NCBI GenBank assembly: GCA_965223415.1
Contig: OZ245002.1
Location: forward strand, 1,730,578 to 1,794,577
Direction of reading: 5' to 3'
Length of the DNA stretch: 64,000 nt
Origin: Myxococcota bacterium
Lineage (GTDB): Bacteria; Myxococcota_A; UBA9160; UBA6930
Shown here: one piece after another, positions 60,540-64,000 of the stretch
Position numbering within the stretch: position 1 is the first letter of the stretch
Layout of the letters: each line of letters starts with the position of its first letter
The notes under the pieces: generated by a model
Told to the model about the DNA's origin: nothing
The model's input: only the letters and a program-made list of their open reading frames with translations
Databases searched by the model: none
Made by a program: the position numbers and the translations under genes

Positions 60540-61730
60540 TTAGCGCTTCACGATCACGGAGGAGCCGTGACCGAAGAGGCCGTAGTTGGCGGTGATGCCG
60601 AGGCGCGCGTTCTCGACCTGACGTCCAGGCGCCTCGCCGCGCAGCTGCCAGGTGAGCTCGCATACCTGGGCGATCGCCTGGGCGGGGATCGCCTCGCCGA
60701 AGGCCCCGAGACCGCCGCTGGTGTTCACCGGGATGCGGCCGCCGACGGAGGTATCGCCCTCGCGCACGAGCTTCTCCGCCTCGCCCTCTTTGCACAGCCC
60801 GAGGATCTCGTACCAGTCGAGCTCGAGGGCGGAGGAGAGGTCGTAGACCTCGGCCAGGTCCATGTCGTCCGGACCGACGCCCGCCTGCTCGTAGGCGTAC
60901 TTCGCGATCGACGGGCGGAAGGGCACGTCGGGCATCTGCACGCCGGCGGCCGAGTCGGTCGAGAAGTTGGGCATCTCGATCAGGGTGTTCGGGTACTTCG
61001 GCGTGACGTTCGAGACCGCGGGGATCGTGACGAAGCTCGTCGCGTGCTTGCGGGCGAACTCGGTGCTCGTGAGCACGATCGCCGCGCCGCCGTCGCTGGT
61101 CGCGCAGATCTGCAGCAGGCGCAGCGGATCGGACACGATCGGCGAGGCCAGCACCTCGTCGAGAGAGAAGGATTTCTGGTAGCGCGCATTCGGGTTCTGG
61201 GCGCCGTGGCGGCTGTTCTTCACCTTGACCTTGGCGAAGTCCTCCTCGGTGGCGCCGAAGAGCTCCATGCGTCGCCGTGCCCACAGGCCGAAGTAGACCG
61301 GGTTCGTGGCGCCGACGAGTCGGAAGCGCAGCCAGTCCGGGTCCTTGGTGCGATCGCCGCCCCCGGTGGGAGCAAAGAAGCCCTTGGGCGTGGTGTCGGC
61401 GCCGACCACGAGGGCCACGTCGCACAGGCCTGCCAGGATCTGGGCCCGGGCCGTGGCGATGGCCTGGGAGCCGGAAGCGCAGGCCCCGTAGGAGCTGGCG
61501 ACCTGGGCGCCCTGCCAGCCCAGGGCCTGGGCGAAGGTCGCGCCAGCGACGTAGCCCGGGTAGCCGTTGCGGATCGTGTCGCCGCCGGCGACGAACTGGA
61601 CGTCCTTCCACTCGAGGCCCGCGTCGGCCAGGGCGTCCTTGGCTGCCTTCACCCCGTACTCGACAAAGTTCCGGCCCCACTTGCCCCAGGGATGCATTCC
61701 GACCCCGAGGATCGCGACTTCACTCGACAT
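60540..61730 (-). CDS. Thiolase-fold protein, SCP-x/lipid-transfer type
   Basis: VAILGVGMHPWGKW...SSYGACASGSQAIATA (active-site Cys)...VNTSGGLGAFGEAIPAQAI...NYGLFGHGSS. Confidence 0.85.
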   Translation of the reverse strand: MSSEVAILGVGMHPWGKWGRNFVEYGVKAAKDALADAGLEWKDVQFVAGGDTIRNGYPGYVAGATFAQALGWQGAQVASSYGACASGSQAIATARAQILAGLCDVALVVGADTTPKGFFAPTGGGDRTKDPDWLRFRLVGATNPVYFGLWARRRMELFGATEEDFAKVKVKNSRHGAQNPNARYQKSFSLDEVLASPIVSDPLRLLQICATSDGGAAIVLTSTEFARKHATSFVTIPAVSNVTPKYPNTLIEMPNFSTDSAAGVQMPDVPFRPSIAKYAYEQAGVGPDDMDLAEVYDLSSALELDWYEILGLCKEGEAEKLVREGDTSVGGRIPVNTSGGLGAFGEAIPAQAIAQVCELTWQLRGEAPGRQVENARLGITANYGLFGHGSSVIVKR

Positions 61731-61751
61731 TCGTTGGACTCCTCGGGCTCG

Positions 61752-62183
61752 TTAGGCGGCGGGGCGCCACTTCCAGACCAGGTACTCGTTGTCGTCGTCC
61801 TCGTAGAGGGTGTCGAGGACGAGCTCCATCTCCATGCCAGCCTCGAGGTCCGCGACGCCGACGCCGCCCACCACCTGGCCGATCACGATCATCTTCTCCG
61901 CCTCGAGCTCCACGGCGGCGATCGAGTAGGGCTCGAAGGGCTCCTTGGCCACGAAGGGCTCGGGCGGCGCGTAGCAGTTGTTGGTGAAGGACCAGACGCG
62001 GCCGGTCCGGGAGAGCGGGATCTCCTCGAACTCGGTGCCGCCGCACTCCGGGTTGCGGCAGTAGGCCTCCTCCTTGGGGAAGAAGACGTTGCTGCAGCGG
62101 GTGCAACGGGTGCCGAGCAGGCGCGGCGCCTGCCGGTCCATGGTGAACCAGCCGGGGACAGCGGGGACGGCGGTCTTGCTCAT
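61752..62183 (-). CDS. DUF35 Zn-ribbon/OB-fold protein (thiolase partner)
   Basis: LLGTRCTRCSNVFFPKEEAYCRNPECGG (rubredoxin-like knuckles) is followed by OB-fold strands, GRVWSFTN...IAAVELEAEKMIVIGQVV. Confidence 0.8.
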   Translation of the reverse strand: MSKTAVPAVPGWFTMDRQAPRLLGTRCTRCSNVFFPKEEAYCRNPECGGTEFEEIPLSRTGRVWSFTNNCYAPPEPFVAKEPFEPYSIAAVELEAEKMIVIGQVVGGVGVADLEAGMEMELVLDTLYEDDDNEYLVWKWRPAA

Positions 62184-62376
62184 GGCGGGGGTTTATCACA
62201 GGGGTCCGGCGCCGGCCGGTGGGCTGGCCCCGGGGGGAGCGAGCCCTATCGGAGGATGCGACCGGGTCGCGAGTGACATTTCCTGGTCCCCAGGCCACAT
62301 ACCCAACGGGGGGTTTCGGCTTCGGCCACGGCCTCAAGATGCGGATTTTGAAGCGATTCTTCGCGGGAGACCTGAG

Positions 62377-62943
62377 ATGAAACGATCTGGTTGGTTTGGC
62401 GCGCTGTTGGCCGCGGTATTGCTCATCGGAGGTGCCGCCGGGGCGACTCCGATCTACGACGAAGGCACGGATGGGGACATTTCCACGGACGACACCCAGC
62501 CGACGATCATCACGGCGGTGGCTGGCCTCAACGAGATCGTCCTGACCTTCGGCCCCGGCGATACCCAGAACTTCTTCGAGATCGACCTCGGCGGGAGCCT
62601 GGCGCTCACCCAGGTGGTGCTGAACGGCTTCTCGACGTCGCCGGCGAATCTCGCCAGCCTGCTCGGCAACTGCTCGCCCGGTGCCGGGTGCACCGCCTTC
62701 AATGCCCAGGCGAGTGAGCGGCTCGAGACGGCCGCCGTGGGCTCGGACCTGTTGCCGGGGCTGCTCGGGGACCTCGGGCCGAACGAGACCCTGACGAACC
62801 GCTGGGTGACTGCCGAGAGTCAGGCCTCCACGACCGTGAGCCTGATCTTCGTGACCACCACGGTGCCCGAACCCTCCCTGCTCGGACTCGGCCTGGTGGG
62901 GCTAGCCGCCCTCACTTTCAAACGTCGTCTCGCCGATTCATGA
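62377..62943 (+). CDS. PEP-CTERM sorting-signal protein
   Basis: Signal peptide: MKRSGWFGALLAAVLLIGGAAGA. The C-terminus VPEPSLLGLGLVGLAALTFKRR has the PEP motif, a TM helix and a basic tail. This is the inner ATG of ORF 62074..62943. Confidence 0.8.
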   Translation: MKRSGWFGALLAAVLLIGGAAGATPIYDEGTDGDISTDDTQPTIITAVAGLNEIVLTFGPGDTQNFFEIDLGGSLALTQVVLNGFSTSPANLASLLGNCSPGAGCTAFNAQASERLETAAVGSDLLPGLLGDLGPNETLTNRWVTAESQASTTVSLIFVTTTVPEPSLLGLGLVGLAALTFKRRLADS

Positions 62944-63018
62944 AGGTGGGGTGAAACCGGCCCCCAGGCGTGCGCGGGGTCACGCCCTAAACGGGTTGGA
63001 TCTGCTCCACTGTGACCC

Positions 63019-63678
63019 ATGGTGGAGAGAGGTTCGACGGACGCGGTCCACGATCGCGTCCAGGCGCACTTCGGTGAGGTGATCGACGAGGCCCGGCGCA
63101 TGGAACGCCGGATCGCGGGCTGGGTCAGCCGGGAAGAGCTGGTTTCGTGGGGGGGCATGGGCCTGCTGGAGGCGGCCCAGCGCTTTCGGCCGGACTTCGG
63201 TGTTCCCTTCACCCAGTACGCCCGATACCGGGTTCGCGGCGCCATGCTCGATGGCCTCCGCGAGGTGAACGGCGTGCCCCAGGGGTTGTGGCGGGCGCGC
63301 TCCCGGGAGGATGAGGCGGCCTCCGCCACCCTGGACGCCCACGCCGAACGGGTGGCCGGTGCGCGCACCAGCGGCTGGCTGGCGGAGACCGGCTCCGACG
63401 AGTGGGGCCAGCCCATCGCGGTGGACCGGGAGCCGGATCCGGAGGCCATGGCCAGCGACCGGCAGCTCGCCGGGGTGGTCGAGGAGGCGCTGGACGCCCT
63501 TCCCGAGGCCGAGGCCACGGTCATCCGCCGCCACGTCCTGGCGGACGAGCCCCTGGCGGAGGTCGCCCTGGAGCTCGGCGTGAGCAACCCGCGAGCCCAC
63601 CAGATCCGCGCCCGCGCCCTCCGCCGCCTGGCCCCGCGCCTGCGCGGCCTCGCCCACCCCGAGCGCGCCGCCGGGTGA
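63019..63678 (+). CDS. Sigma-70 family factor, group-3/FliA-like
   Basis: Region 2: EELVSWGGMGLLEAAQRFRPDFGVPFTQYARYRVRGAMLDGLRE. Region 4: EATVIRRHVLADEPLAEVALELGVSNPRAHQIRARALRRL. Confidence 0.75.
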   Translation: MVERGSTDAVHDRVQAHFGEVIDEARRMERRIAGWVSREELVSWGGMGLLEAAQRFRPDFGVPFTQYARYRVRGAMLDGLREVNGVPQGLWRARSREDEAASATLDAHAERVAGARTSGWLAETGSDEWGQPIAVDREPDPEAMASDRQLAGVVEEALDALPEAEATVIRRHVLADEPLAEVALELGVSNPRAHQIRARALRRLAPRLRGLAHPERAAG

Positions 63679-63746
63679 GACAAGGGGACGTTCCTTTCTG
63701 TCTCACGGTCGCCGTGAGACAGAAAGGAACGTCCCCTTGTCTCACC
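63674..63746. repeat. 73-bp perfect palindrome (35-nt arms, 3-nt loop) in a convergent junction
   Basis: ggtgagacaaggggacgttcctttctgtctcacgg tcg ccgtgagacagaaaggaacgtccccttgtctcacc, with all 35 pairs checked. The sigma-factor stop TGA (63676-78) and the first base of the ligase stop (comp. 63746-48) lie in the arms. Each arm self-folds (tgagaca...tgtctca) around GGGGACGTTCC. Confidence 0.9.
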
Positions 63747-64000
63747 TAGATGTCGCGGGTGCGGTTCTGCCAGTAGCGGTCGCGCAGGCGGCGGACGTAG
63801 AGCTTGCCGGCGGCGGTGCGCGGCAGCTCCGGCTCGAAGTCCACGGAGCGGGGCACCTTGTAGGCGGCGAGGTGCTCCCGGGCGAAGGCGCGCAGCTCCT
63901 CAGCCAGCTCCGCGCTCGGCGCATGGCCGGGCGCCAGCTCGACGGCGGCCTTCACCTGCTCGCCCCACTCGTCGTCGGGAATCCCGAAGACACCCACATC
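63746..64000 (-). CDS. AMP-dependent acyl-CoA synthetase/ligase. Only the C-terminal part is in the window; the gene runs off the right edge.
   Basis: GIPDDEWGEQVKAAVELAPG...LRAFAREHLAAYKVPRSVDFEPELPRTAAGKLYVRRLR is the AMP-binding C-terminal domain, including the conserved Lys (AAGKL). Confidence 0.8.
   Translation of the reverse strand, partial: DVGVFGIPDDEWGEQVKAAVELAPGHAPSAELAEELRAFAREHLAAYKVPRSVDFEPELPRTAAGKLYVRRLRDRYWQNRTRDI

Noticed and set aside
1-64000. A search for mobile genetic elements, prophage, integrons, toxin-antitoxin pairs, restriction-modification or other canonical defence systems.
   Set aside because: No transposase, integrase, recombinase, phage structural, methyltransferase/endonuclease or typical toxin-antitoxin signatures were recognised in any frame. 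The window looks like core chromosome with small repeat elements only.

Overview
This is a 64-kb, very GC-rich bacterial chromosomal segment (roughly 70% G+C by eye; third codon positions are almost always G/C). I call about 72 protein-coding genes on both strands, many joined by 4-nt ATGA/GTGA/TTGA start-stop overlaps. I saw no rRNA, tRNA, CRISPR array, transposase, integrase or phage genes. The many long antisense ORFs in the track, such as the 1721-aa ORF at 977..6142, are GC-content artefacts.

Recognisable content:
- Housekeeping: gshB, PBP1A, galE, ogt, nth, pyrE, pyrF, tgt, ychF, rnhA, msrB, and sirtuin, NUDIX and panE-like genes.
- Regulation: three sensor histidine kinases, one sigma-54 NtrC-type activator, an ECF sigma factor with a YciI partner, a FliA-like sigma factor, and ArsR.
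- Lipid and acyl-CoA metabolism: two PaaI thioesterase paralogs, a MaoC double hotdog, an acyl-CoA synthetase, ACAD, a DUF35/thiolase/SnoaL set, and a CoA-transferase.
- Envelope functions: an ExeA/GspB-like pair, an AMIN protein, YiaAB-PspA, a rhomboid, a PEP-CTERM protein, and a flippase-like/sulfatase fusion next to a VWA protein.

This gene content suggests a Myxococcota- or Deltaproteobacteria-like Gram-negative organism, but that is inference only.

Observations most worth following up:
1. A tightly coupled five-gene minus-strand operon at 30551-35455. It encodes a Zn-ribbon peptide, two ArsA/Get3-like ATPases, a signal-less TroA/BtuF-fold protein and an AMIN-TM-coiled-coil envelope protein. 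It has no arsenic genes and I know of no described function for this combination.
2. A family of long, often perfect, palindromic elements that fill convergent-gene junctions. Their outermost bases are the stop codons of the flanking genes, and in one subfamily they also supply the last two codons.
3. A probably highly expressed chimeric nucleoid-type protein: a tandem beta-hairpin-like module followed by an H1/Hc2-like KTAR-repeat tail.
4. An unannotated 42-codon Arg/Lys-rich ORF.
5. A near-consensus sigma-54 promoter in front of yiaAB-pspA.
6. Two candidate structured or MITE-like intergenic elements.

All functional calls rest on reading motifs in the translations. No database search was run.
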